Origin: a virus
Lineage: Duplodnaviria > Heunggongvirae > Uroviricota > Caudoviricetes
IMG/VR virus record: IMGVR_UViG_2778261420_000020
Location: 1-8,171 of that record
DNA length: 8,171 nucleotides
Reading direction: 5' to 3' (one strand)
Position 1 is the stretch's first letter. Each line of letters opens with the position of its first letter. The position numbers and the translations under genes are program-made. Below are positions 1 through 8,171 of the stretch, piece by piece. The notes under the pieces are model-generated. The model had not been told where the DNA came from. It ran no database searches and worked only from the letters and a program-made list of their open reading frames with translations.

Positions 1-744
1 TCAGATTCCCTGGTGAGTAAGAATTTTACTTTCTGAACTCCTCTGAGAGTATTGACTTGGAGAAACACCAAAATAACGTCTAAATACATAAGTAAAGTAT
101 GAGACACTGGCATAACCACAGACCTTAGCTACTTTACTAATAGGATAACAACGAGTGCTGAGTAAATATTCAGCCATTTGCATCCTCTCATCAAGTATGA
201 TCTTACTGAATGATATCCCCTCTTCTTTCAATTTCCTCTTTAGTAAACTTTCGCTGAGATATAATCTTGATGATATATCCTTAAGACGCCATGGTGCAGA
301 TAAATCCGTATGAATAATCGTTTTAACTTTAGCCCCTGTGCTTTTCAAACATCCAAACAGAAATACTCCAAATTGTTTTTCAGAAGAAAATGCAGAGAGA
401 CATGTAAAAGCAATAGACTCATCAAAAATTTCTATGTATTCAGCACAGTGATTAGCCCAACTAATTAATCCTTTAATTAAACTGAAGTCAGCAAAGTTTA
501 TTTTTAAATAAGATGGATATTCCCTACAATCAGAAATATCCCTTAAGTTATTAGCTTTCAAATAGCGACTAATAAACTCAGCGCCAAAATCCGCCACTAT
601 CACTCTTTCAGGATATGTCAGAAAAAAATCTCTAGAGCTAGAGTCGACAAGTACAGATGAACCTCTCTCCAGAAACACACTCTCTTTTCCGAAATAAACA
701 TCAAAGGACTCCAAAATCAATATAACTGAACATGTGGTTGCCAT
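1..744 (-). CDS. AraC/XylS-family transcriptional regulator (complete, 247 aa; stop codon is the first three bases of the window)
   Basis: The C-terminal ~100 aa carry the two helix-turn-helix units typical of AraC/XylS regulators (e.g. ...SRLYLSESLLKRKLKEEGISFSKIILDERMQMAEYLL... and ...ISKVAKVCGYASVSYFTYVFRRYFGVSPSQY). ATG start at 742..744. The gene is AT-rich and lies outside the tRNA-fragment boundary, so it is flank rather than prophage. Confidence 0.85.
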   Translation of the reverse strand: MATTCSVILILESFDVYFGKESVFLERGSSVLVDSSSRDFFLTYPERVIVADFGAEFISRYLKANNLRDISDCREYPSYLKINFADFSLIKGLISWANHCAEYIEIFDESIAFTCLSAFSSEKQFGVFLFGCLKSTGAKVKTIIHTDLSAPWRLKDISSRLYLSESLLKRKLKEEGISFSKIILDERMQMAEYLLSTRCYPISKVAKVCGYASVSYFTYVFRRYFGVSPSQYSQRSSESKILTHQGI

Positions 745-1328
745 ATCATCCGCCCAATTTAACTGAAACCAGGATGAAGTATATGCATATAAAGTTCACT
801 TTGCCAAACTTCAGTATAAAAAACCACATAAAAAATAGGGTGTGATAAAAAATACCGTAACAATAAAGCAAAGGATTATAAATTCCGTTACAGTTACAAA
901 TGATACTCAAGAAACAATTCCTTAGGAAAAACTTATTTACAGCCAATAAGTAAGACACTTATATGATATCAAGTTTTCATAAAACATAACTAGGCTAAAT
1001 AGCTGCGCCTAATACCGCTACACTTTTGCCAGCCCATGTTTGCCTCCGGGTATTGACCCCTTCTCTACGCAACTTCAGTTCCCACCACCAACTTTGCGGC
1101 AGCTTTGTAGGATAAATGTCTAAAAGAATAATGGTAACCGATAAGAAAACGACTGAATAACTGCAGATTTTCGCTCAAAACCTTCCTGTCAGATCCATAG
1201 CGAATCAAGTGCTGAATGTCACAGTATCGAACAGAAAACAGTGACGATCTAACCCTTCAAGAATATTCTACGATTGTTCTGTTTAGGAAAAGCAAGGCGG
1301 GAAGTCGGGAGATAAGTCATTGATAAAG

Positions 1329-1394
1329 TGGCGGAGAGAGGGGGATTTGAACCCCCGGTAGAGTTGCCCCTACTCCGGTTTTCGAGACCGGTCC
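1329..1394 (-). other. Partial tRNA-Ser(CGA) 3' segment (anticodon stem to CCA end), a putative prophage attachment-site repeat; not a functional tRNA
   Basis: The reverse complement reads GACCGGTCTCGAAAACCGGAGTAGGGGCAACTCTACCGGGGGTTCAAATCCCCCTCTCTCCGCCA: anticodon loop with CGA, long variable arm, T-arm GGGGGTTCAAATCCCCC, acceptor 3' strand and CCA. It matches enterobacterial serU as I recall it. The acceptor 5' strand (GGAGAGA...) and D-arm are absent upstream, so this is only the 3' part. Confidence 0.7.
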
Positions 1395-1474
1395 AATCAT
1401 CAAACGAAACATAAAATTAATTCACATTATGAGGAAAAGTATCTTTTTTGTACTATGTAAATTCAAAGACTTAG

Positions 1475-2344
<870 letters not shown>

Positions 2345-2404
2345 GTCTTTAAGTGATAAGCATAAACCGCAGCACGATCTTCTTGCATACGACGTGCTAC
2401 GGTT

Positions 2405-2815
2405 TCATTTATCTCCGACCGGAAACTTCTTATACAGTGTCGATATACCAACATCATAGATGATCGCCACCTTCTGGCGAGGAACGCCTGATGCAATTAA
2501 TCGTCCGGCCTGCTCCCATTGTTCTGGTGTAAGTTTGGGGCGACGTCCACCAATTCATCCCTGTGCGCGAGCTGCTTCCAGTCCAGCTTTTGTTCGTTCA
2601 ACAATCAGTTCACGCTCCATTTCAGCCAGGGCACCCATCACATGAAAAAAAAAGCGCCCCATTGGGGTACTGGTATCAATTGAATCCGTCAGACTACGAA
2701 AGTTGATGCCTCGTTCGCGCAACTCCTCCACCAGCACGACAAGATGCCACATACTGCGTCCCAGTCGGTCCAGTTTCCAGACCACCAGCGTGTCACCTGC
2801 CGATAATGTCCTATT
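2405..2815 (-). pseudogene. Serine DNA invertase remnant (Pin/Gin/Hin/Cin family): N-terminal ~47 codons missing, including the catalytic-serine region, plus an in-frame TGA at 2555..2557
   Basis: The translation RTLSAGDTLVVWKLDRLGRSM...GINFRSLTDSIDTSTPMGRFFFHVMGALAEMERELIVERTKAGLEAARAQG, then a stop, then IGGRRPKLTPEQWEQAGRLIASGVPRQKVAIIYDVGISTLYKKFPVGDK, is the recognisable Din-family invertase core and C-terminal HTH. The expected N-terminus (...GYVRVSTxxQ...) is not found in any frame. The TGA sits where these invertases have Arg (QGRIGG). Confidence 0.85.
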
Positions 2816-2872
2816 GAAATCAGTGTTAACCTCTACAACCAATTTGCTGGTATTGCCTGGCCTGAAGGTAAA

Positions 2873-3163
2873 ATGCTTGGTGCAGATAGCACTGGACTGC
2901 CCGCTTGGGTCGATGCGCCGCCTCCAACGCATGAAGAGCTTATTGAAATTACTCAATCAGAAAGACAGCTACTAATTAACCAGGCCAACGAATACATGAA
3001 CAGTAAACAATGGCCCGGTAAAGCCGCTATTGGTCGTCTGAAAGGTGACGAACTGGCGCAATATAATTTGTGGCTGGATTATCTGGACGCACTGGAACTG
3101 GTTGATACTTCCGGTGCGCCAGATATTGAATGGCCTACGCCTCCGGCAGTTCAGGCCAGATGA
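2873..3163 (+). pseudogene. Tail-fibre assembly protein, alternative copy (Tfa'/U'-like), 5'-truncated remnant; C-terminal ~96 codons (frame is open back to 2807)
   Basis: The C-terminus ...LWLDYLDALELVDTSGAPDIEWPTPPA matches the conserved Tfa C-terminal motif also present in the intact minus-strand tfa (...ALDYIDALTATDTSTAPDVIWPELPEA). It converges on and overlaps tfa by 29 nt. The remnant is too short to be a full Tfa and abuts the truncated invertase. Confidence 0.6.
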
Positions 3164-3737
3164 CATCCGGCGCGGTGCTGGTATCTGTTGCCGTCAACGC
3201 GTCAATATAATCCAGCGCAACGTTAAGCCGGGTGGTTTCTGCCTGCGTCAGCTTCCGCCCGGCCTGCAATTTCAACTGAATCAGACTAATGGAAACCATT
3301 GCAGCATCAATCAGTGACTGACGCTGTGCTTCTGCCGCGTCTACTGCGGCGCTATGCTGTGCCTCGGTATCTGTCACCCATTTCTCACCATCCCATTTAT
3401 CGTATGGAGATAAAGGGGCGATAGTGGTTGTATTTTCAGGGTAATCACCCGGAGCTGTGATTTCTTTTGATTCTCCTGTTTCAGTGCTATAGACCGTTTC
3501 ACCACGATGGTCTGGCACATATCCCCATGAGTTAAAATCTACAGAACGGCAGATAACATAACCCTCCCTATGTATACCAGGTGCATCCAGGCAGGAATAT
3601 GCCGGGATACCAACACCAACGGCAAGATATTCACTTGAAGTGGAAATATATTCCCGAGTTTCACCATCATAGTTATAAACAGTAATATCCCCTGCCTTCG
3701 TAGCAATAAACTCGCTATTTAATACAGCGTTATCCAT
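3135..3737 (-). CDS. Tail-fibre assembly protein (Tfa / Mu U-like)
   Basis: 200 aa with the conserved C-terminal motif (...LNVALDYIDALTATDTSTAPDVIWP...). It lies immediately downstream of the tail-fibre gene, and its start codon overlaps the fibre stop codon (TAATG). Confidence 0.85.
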   Translation of the reverse strand: MDNAVLNSEFIATKAGDITVYNYDGETREYISTSSEYLAVGVGIPAYSCLDAPGIHREGYVICRSVDFNSWGYVPDHRGETVYSTETGESKEITAPGDYPENTTTIAPLSPYDKWDGEKWVTDTEAQHSAAVDAAEAQRQSLIDAAMVSISLIQLKLQAGRKLTQAETTRLNVALDYIDALTATDTSTAPDVIWPELPEA

Positions 3738-4507
3738 TATGCAGCCCTCACAATGTAGTTAAATGCAACGTTCACCGGGCGAGTTTCATTGGCGGTATTT
3801 GCCACCCTTGACATATCGAAATCAAATGTTGTGACACCATGCCCTCCACTACCTACGCCTGTAACCGCTGTTAATCCAGTAGTCAGATAGTTATTACCGT
3901 TATGACGAAATGGACCATTGGTAACTAAATCTTTAAAAAGCTGAATTTTCCCTATTGAACCAGTGACGTTTTGCATTGCATGCTCCTGTGAAGCCAATAG
4001 AATCCTTCCGGGGTCAATGCCTCTCCCGTCATCCCAGCCACGAATAAACTCACCGCGTAAATCAGGCAATTTATTTGTCGGGTAAGCCTTTGCCAGTTCC
4101 GGGTATTCTTCAGCAGAAAATGCCGCACCGTTGCATTTCAGCCAGCCTGTTGGCGGAGTGGCGGAAGGCCACGGAACAGGCACACCAACGGGTAATGCCG
4201 AACCTTCTCCCAAACCAAGGTTTTCGAGAGCCGTTTTCACCGTGCCATCCGATTTGATATCGCCAAACGGATTCTTGCGGCTTAACAGCAGCGCATGAAG
4301 CGCGGTAAGCAACTGGTCGTTTCGCCCCTTCTCCAGGCTGGCACCGGATGCCTCCACCACGCCACAAAGCTCTTCCTGCAACATGTCAAAGTAGTCATCA
4401 TCAAGATCGGTGGCAGGCGTGCCAGTCTGGGGGTTACCACGGGTAAAACCGTTCTTACCCGCGCCGAACTTATCCTTCTGCGCGGTTTTCGTGTCTATGC
4501 GATGCAT
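3737..4507 (-). CDS. Tail-fibre protein (short side tail fibre with a phage tail-collar domain)
   Basis: A tail-collar-like motif block is present (...[45 protein letters not shown]...). The N-terminal region is typical of inversion-type fibre genes and contains a crossover-like site. Gene order is baseplate, then fibre, then tfa. Confidence 0.85.
   Translation of the reverse strand: MHRIDTKTAQKDKFGAGKNGFTRGNPQTGTPATDLDDDYFDMLQEELCGVVEASGASLEKGRNDQLLTALHALLLSRKNPFGDIKSDGTVKTALENLGLGEGSALPVGVPVPWPSATPPTGWLKCNGAAFSAEEYPELAKAYPTNKLPDLRGEFIRGWDDGRGIDPGRILLASQEHAMQNVTGSIGKIQLFKDLVTNGPFRHNGNNYLTTGLTAVTGVGSGGHGVTTFDFDMSRVANTANETRPVNVAFNYIVRAA
4205..4230. other. Candidate invertase crossover site (hix/gix/pix-like 26-bp site) embedded in the tail-fibre coding sequence
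   Basis: TTCTCCCAAACCAAGGTTTTCGAGAG contains the conserved AAACC-NN-GGTTT core of Din-family crossover sites (about 20/26 identical to hixL as I remember it). It encodes LENLGLGE at residues 94-101 of the fibre, the expected constant/variable junction. Confidence 0.5.
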
Positions 4508-4510
4508 GGA

Positions 4511-5095
4511 TTACTCCGGATATTTAAAAATTACGTAGGTATGCGACGGGCAGAGTTTGTTAAGCACACACTCGACAACGGTGTCACCCCAGATACGCAG
4601 TGCGGAATCACAGGGATCGCCACATGTCATCCAGGTGGTGTTGGTGGCGGCTGGCATGTTGACCTGCCAGTAATACCGCCATTCCGGCGCATTCACCGCG
4701 TCAGTACAGGCCGATGAGCAGGTGAAGGTGCTTTTATCGTATCGCGTGATGGTGGCGTCTTGTCTGCCCAGGGCAGCAAGCTGTGCAAGGTAAAAATCCT
4801 CATTGATGCCGCCCGCCAGGTTAACCTTCGCATCCAGCCGTTGCTGACGCTGGCGAAGGGTCTGCGTTCCCGCAGGAATGCATTCATCCGGCAGGCCGCA
4901 CAGACGCTCCCAGCGGTTTATCAGTTCGGTGGTGGTGCGCGGATCCAGCTCCCGCATCAGGGCATCCGCACGCTGATGAACGCGGGTTAATGACGGTGCC
5001 GCACCGGCAATCGCCGGATCGCTGGCTGACCACGCCGGACCGGGCGGCAACAGTGCCGATAACAGGCGGATGTAATCATCGTTTGTCACGTCCAT
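4511..5095 (-). CDS. Phage tail protein, Mu gp48-like / DUF2313 (YmfQ-like)
   Basis: 194 aa with the N-terminal motif ...[12 protein letters not shown]... characteristic of this family as I recall it. It sits between the baseplate-J-like gene and the tail fibre and overlaps the upstream gene by 10 nt. Confidence 0.75.
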   Translation of the reverse strand: MDVTNDDYIRLLSALLPPGPAWSASDPAIAGAAPSLTRVHQRADALMRELDPRTTTELINRWERLCGLPDECIPAGTQTLRQRQQRLDAKVNLAGGINEDFYLAQLAALGRQDATITRYDKSTFTCSSACTDAVNAPEWRYYWQVNMPAATNTTWMTCGDPCDSALRIWGDTVVECVLNKLCPSHTYVIFKYPE

Positions 5096-6144
5096 GAAAT
5101 CGTCCCCAGTACCGCCAGTTCATTTTTTGCAATGGAGATATTGTCTGCCGGTGCAAGCAACTGATGGCTGTATTCCCCGTTCGCACCGGAAATCGCCTCA
5201 CTGATACGCGATACCTTCAGTTCTCCCTGCGGATAACCATCACGCAGCAGGAACGAACGCAACTCCGCGGTGATGGCAGCCCGTATTTCCGGTGTGTCCG
5301 GCGTCACGCGAATATGAAAATCCACCGTATGTGCCACCGGCCTGAACACATACAAATCAGAGCCTGCCACCGGGGCCAGTGGCCCGATATGTTGTCTTGC
5401 CGCCGTTTCCGTTGATTCTTCCGGAATGGGATTAATCAGGTCACTGCTGGCAATCATCACACCAACAGTTCCCGTTCCCATCCAGTGACGGTATGTCCAT
5501 GCGCGGGTAATGCCGGGCACTTCTTTAGCCCAGACGACATAGTCCCCGTCAGCCCCGCCCTGAGGCGTCCAGTAATAGCGCTCAATGACACGGGCGCGCC
5601 ACGTTTCCAGATCTTCAGTATCAAATCCGCCTGTCAGGGTATCTGCCACACCGGACGACGGCAGACCATTCACCGGCGTGACCAGGATTAATGCCGTACC
5701 GTCGTCAGCGTTACCGACCGCGCCTGCAGTTGAGCAGGCGATCGGCACGCGCAGGACTCCACCGGAGCTGGTTGCATCGGCAGTTGCCGTGTACTGAACC
5801 AGGTCATCGCGCTGAATAACACTCCCGGCGGTCACCTTCAGGCCATCGCTGACGCCTTCCCAGCGCATATACCCGCTGGCAGCTGTGGCACCCTTGCGCG
5901 GACACCGTTTCATCGCAGCATGTCGCGCCAGCCAGGACTCATCGCACAGGTCAGGCAGCATGTTCATTGCCAGATAATCGATGTAACCGTAAACCGTATG
6001 CAGCGCCGCCGCATACACCTTTGCCCGCACGTCTTCATCCATGCGCCGGAGCGTGTCGCTGACGTCCAGCCTGGCGAATAAATCGTTACGGAGCATACTG
6101 ATATTTTCTGCCAGCGTCGGGCGCTGAAATTCACTGTCCGCCAT
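5086..6144 (-). CDS. Baseplate J-like protein (Mu gp47-like)
   Basis: 352 aa; size and position (after the gp46-like gene, before the gp48-like gene) match the Mu-type baseplate order. High-GC coding region with overlapping start and stop codons with its neighbours. Confidence 0.8.
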   Translation of the reverse strand: MADSEFQRPTLAENISMLRNDLFARLDVSDTLRRMDEDVRAKVYAAALHTVYGYIDYLAMNMLPDLCDESWLARHAAMKRCPRKGATAASGYMRWEGVSDGLKVTAGSVIQRDDLVQYTATADATSSGGVLRVPIACSTAGAVGNADDGTALILVTPVNGLPSSGVADTLTGGFDTEDLETWRARVIERYYWTPQGGADGDYVVWAKEVPGITRAWTYRHWMGTGTVGVMIASSDLINPIPEESTETAARQHIGPLAPVAGSDLYVFRPVAHTVDFHIRVTPDTPEIRAAITAELRSFLLRDGYPQGELKVSRISEAISGANGEYSHQLLAPADNISIAKNELAVLGTISWT

Positions 6145-6559
6145 GCGTTATCGCACTCCACAGATCATCAAAAGAAATCATTACCGGTCCGTCACGACGC
6201 CAGAGGGTGATACTGTTACCCAGTTCATTAATCCCGGTGCGGCGGATATCCAGATCAATACGGGACACCACGCCGTCATCAATCATCCATTGCAGGCATT
6301 CGCGGATATACCCCCTTACCGTCAGCACCAGCTGATTGGTCAGTTTGCTGCGCTGAAGCAGCCACAGTCGGGAGCCGTAACGGTCATTCTGTACCGCAGG
6401 CCAGGTATCCCCCCACCATCCCATCGGGACGTCGGCGTTGTCATCAGGCTCCGCCCGCCGCCAGGTGAACAGGGAAATCACCACGGCGCGGGTCAGCGGG
6501 TCCAGCGGTGCGCTGGCACTGGTGCGTTTGCCGTTCACCGTCAGCCACAGTTCCATCAT
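6131..6559 (-). CDS. Phage GP46-family baseplate protein (Mu gp46-like)
   Basis: 142 aa; size and position between the gpV-like and J-like genes. 4-nt overlap with the upstream gene and 14-nt overlap with the downstream gene. Confidence 0.75.
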   Translation of the reverse strand: MMELWLTVNGKRTSASAPLDPLTRAVVISLFTWRRAEPDDNADVPMGWWGDTWPAVQNDRYGSRLWLLQRSKLTNQLVLTVRGYIRECLQWMIDDGVVSRIDLDIRRTGINELGNSITLWRRDGPVMISFDDLWSAITHGGQ

Positions 6560-7104
6560 GCCTCCATCGCTTTATCAGGTTTGTCGGTGTTACTGCCCTG
6601 ACCGTTCTCTCTGTGACGATGCCCGTTATAGGCAAGCCGCATCGCTGACATGGTGGTACCGCCGGAGTCGCACAGGTCTTTCACCTGTCCGGTCACTTCC
6701 AGGTCCATTTCAAAACGTGCTCTGGGCGCATTGCGAAACGTGATCGTTTTACCTGCACCGTCCACCACGATCCCCTCCCGGGTCAGCGTCACAGACTGCC
6801 CCTGATCGTCATAGACAGCCACCTCACCCGTCTGCAGCCCTTTCAGGCGGTAGCGCCGGTCCGACACCGTAACAACCACCGCATGAGAACGGTCGCCATC
6901 CGGAAACAACACCACCGCTTCCGCACCGCTGTTTGCCCTTGCGGTAAAACCGTAGGGTTCAAGATGTTCAACCCCGGCTTTGGGTTCACCGGCAATCAGG
7001 GACACATCCACGGTCTGACATTTCGTGGCGGCACTGATGCTTTTCACCACTGCCCGCCCAATCAGGCCGAGAAGTTGTCGCTGCATGGCTTCAATCGTCC
7101 TCAT
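6556..7104 (-). CDS. Baseplate assembly protein V / spike (Mu gp45-like)
   Basis: 182 aa; N-terminus MRTIEAMQRQLLGLIGRAVV... and size are typical of gpV-like baseplate spike proteins. Start codon overlaps the stop of the upstream hub-like gene. Confidence 0.8.
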   Translation of the reverse strand: MRTIEAMQRQLLGLIGRAVVKSISAATKCQTVDVSLIAGEPKAGVEHLEPYGFTARANSGAEAVVLFPDGDRSHAVVVTVSDRRYRLKGLQTGEVAVYDDQGQSVTLTREGIVVDGAGKTITFRNAPRARFEMDLEVTGQVKDLCDSGGTTMSAMRLAYNGHRHRENGQGSNTDKPDKAMEA

Positions 7105-8171
7105 CAGAACGGGTCCTCCTGTACTCTGGCTTTTTTCTTTTTCCGCGCGCCGGGGGCTTCGGGTTCAGGCAGATAAGCATCAGGTGGGCCGACACGGATT
7201 TCCGTCAGGGTGCCGTTCTGGTCCTGAGTAAACGTGACTTCCGAGACAAGCAGTTCGGTATTGTCGAAACCACAGACCGGATCAAAGACAATCACCCGCT
7301 GGTTGGGCTGCCACAGCGTACCGTTACCCTGTCGCCAGCCCTGCACCACATAGGTGGTTTCATCCGTCCGCGCCGCCCGTTGTCGGGCTTCAAAGTCAGC
7401 ACGCGCAATACAACCTGCCCCCGTGGCCTGCCCTGTCTGCCTGATATACATCGGACGGTAACGGGCAATAAATGCGTCCTCTGTGCGGGCCCGCAGCGCG
7501 GTGGTGGTGGCCTCACCGAAATCATCGTCGTTTCCGGCACGCTGCCCCGCCACCTGGTAAACTGAAAACCGCTCCCGGATACTCTTCTCCGTATCACAGG
7601 AAAGGATGTTTTCCCCGAGTACCAGCGCGGTATGTGCCCGCGTTGAGCCAATACCGCCAATCACCAGCCTGCCGTGCGGGTCGTCGTAAGCCAGCGCCTG
7701 CTGCTGACCGAGTATTTTGTTGATTACCTCAATCACCGTTTCACCGTGATCAGGCTGAACATCAGGAATAACACCCGACGGCGCACCGCTGTTCACCACC
7801 TCAATGCCGAAAGGCGCAGCAAGCGCCTGCGCAATCTGCACCAGCGAGCGTCCGTTAAACTGTGTCGGTTCGGCTGCACAGTCAATCAGGTCAGCGGTCA
7901 GACTACGTCCGGCAATACCGGTGCTGACCGAACGGGCATCGTAACGAACGGGAGTCGCCTCCACCCAGCCGGTGATCACCAGCTCATCACCAATCAGCAC
8001 CTCCACTTTTGAACCGTTTTTAATGCGCGGCTGAAGCGTGGTGATACCCTCATCTCCCGGCCACTGGCGAGTGATCTCCACACTGAAATCCCGCGCCAGC
8101 CGTTCAATACCGGCACCGATGCGCACCGATGTCCAGCCATTCCACTCCCGGCCATTTACCCGTAGCGTGAC
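7104..8171 (-). CDS. Baseplate hub / late control D-like protein (Mu gp44-like); 5'-partial, reading frame open to the window edge
   Basis: The frame has no stop between 8126 and the window end (upstream residues VTLRVNGREWNGWTS...). The 'M' in the ORF track at 8124..8126 is an internal GTG. Position directly upstream of the gpV-like gene and size >355 aa fit a gpD/gp44-type hub. Lys-rich C-terminus. Confidence 0.7.
   Translation of the reverse strand, partial: VTLRVNGREWNGWTSVRIGAGIERLARDFSVEITRQWPGDEGITTLQPRIKNGSKVEVLIGDELVITGWVEATPVRYDARSVSTGIAGRSLTADLIDCAAEPTQFNGRSLVQIAQALAAPFGIEVVNSGAPSGVIPDVQPDHGETVIEVINKILGQQQALAYDDPHGRLVIGGIGSTRAHTALVLGENILSCDTEKSIRERFSVYQVAGQRAGNDDDFGEATTTALRARTEDAFIARYRPMYIRQTGQATGAGCIARADFEARQRAARTDETTYVVQGWRQGNGTLWQPNQRVIVFDPVCGFDNTELLVSEVTFTQDQNGTLTEIRVGPPDAYLPEPEAPGARKKKKARVQEDPF

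Noticed and set aside
746-958. 70-aa minus-strand ORF just upstream of the AraC gene
   Set aside because: Lies in a very AT-rich non-coding-looking stretch, with a low-complexity hydrophobic translation (many F, I, L, Y) and no recognisable motif; more likely promoter or leader region of the regulator.
1329-1425. Possible complete tRNA-Ser gene
   Set aside because: The acceptor 5' strand (GGAGAGA) and D-arm are not present upstream of the matching 3' segment, so only a fragment exists.
2369-2400. Imperfect hairpin (AGCACG ... CGTGCT, 16-nt loop) between the convergent GIY-YIG and invertase genes as a possible bidirectional terminator
   Set aside because: Short, mismatched stem with a large loop and only a weak T-tract; not convincing as an intrinsic terminator.
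2645-2653. A9 homopolymer as a possible slippery or phase-variable tract
   Set aside because: On the minus strand it encodes the conserved FFF of the invertase motif GRFFFHVMG and is in frame; no evidence of slippage.
2460-2975. Plus-strand ORFs 2460..2645 (61 aa) and 2703..2975 (90 aa)
   Set aside because: Antisense to the clearly recognisable invertase remnant and out of frame with the tfa' fragment; Ser/Arg/Pro-rich translations typical of shadow ORFs.
2972-3317. ORFs 2972..3166 (minus) and 3045..3317 (plus)
   Set aside because: Overlap the tfa and tfa' coding regions in other frames; no motifs; shadow ORFs.
4075-4990. ORFs 4075..4257, 4110..4367, 4295..4717, 4693..4887 and 4760..4990
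   Set aside because: All lie within or antisense to the well-supported tail-fibre and gp48-like genes; high-GC shadow ORFs.
5164-6743. ORFs 5164..5415, 5485..5691, 5585..5797, 5964..6161, 6143..6601, 6438..6743 and 6444..6635
   Set aside because: Antisense or alternative-frame ORFs inside the J-like, gp46-like and V-like genes; Arg/Pro/Ala-rich translations expected from GC-rich antisense strands.
7124-7142. T-rich run (cttttttctttttcc) as a possible terminator or regulatory tract
   Set aside because: On the minus strand it encodes the lysine-rich C-terminus (RKKKKA) of the hub-like protein; no adjacent stem-loop.
6883-8012. ORFs 6883..7176, 7025..7231, 7292..7660, 7380..7565, 7472..7723 and 7674..8012
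   Set aside because: Shadow ORFs within the V-like and hub-like genes; no recognisable domains.

Overview
This window appears to be the terminal ~6.8 kb of an integrated prophage plus about 1.3 kb of AT-rich flank; all calls are made by eye from motifs and gene order, with no database search. From right to left (genes on the minus strand) there is a tightly packed Mu-like baseplate and tail-fibre module: a hub/gpD-like protein (5'-truncated by the window edge), a gpV-like spike, a gp46-like protein, a baseplate-J-like protein, a gp48/DUF2313-like protein, a tail fibre with a tail-collar domain, and a tail-fibre assembly protein. Next to it is a decayed tail-fibre inversion switch: a crossover-like site inside the fibre gene, a 5'-truncated alternative assembly gene on the opposite strand, and a Pin/Gin/Hin-family invertase that has lost its N-terminus and carries an in-frame TGA. 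Between the invertase remnant and the prophage end sits a lower-GC gene for a GIY-YIG nuclease-domain protein with an unassigned C-terminal domain; this is the most interesting candidate (defence or homing nuclease) in the window. The prophage end is marked by a ~65-nt 3' fragment of tRNA-Ser(CGA) at 1329..1394. Beyond it lies an AT-rich region with a complete AraC/XylS-family regulator (1..744, minus strand). No CRISPR array, rRNA or intact tRNA gene was seen.
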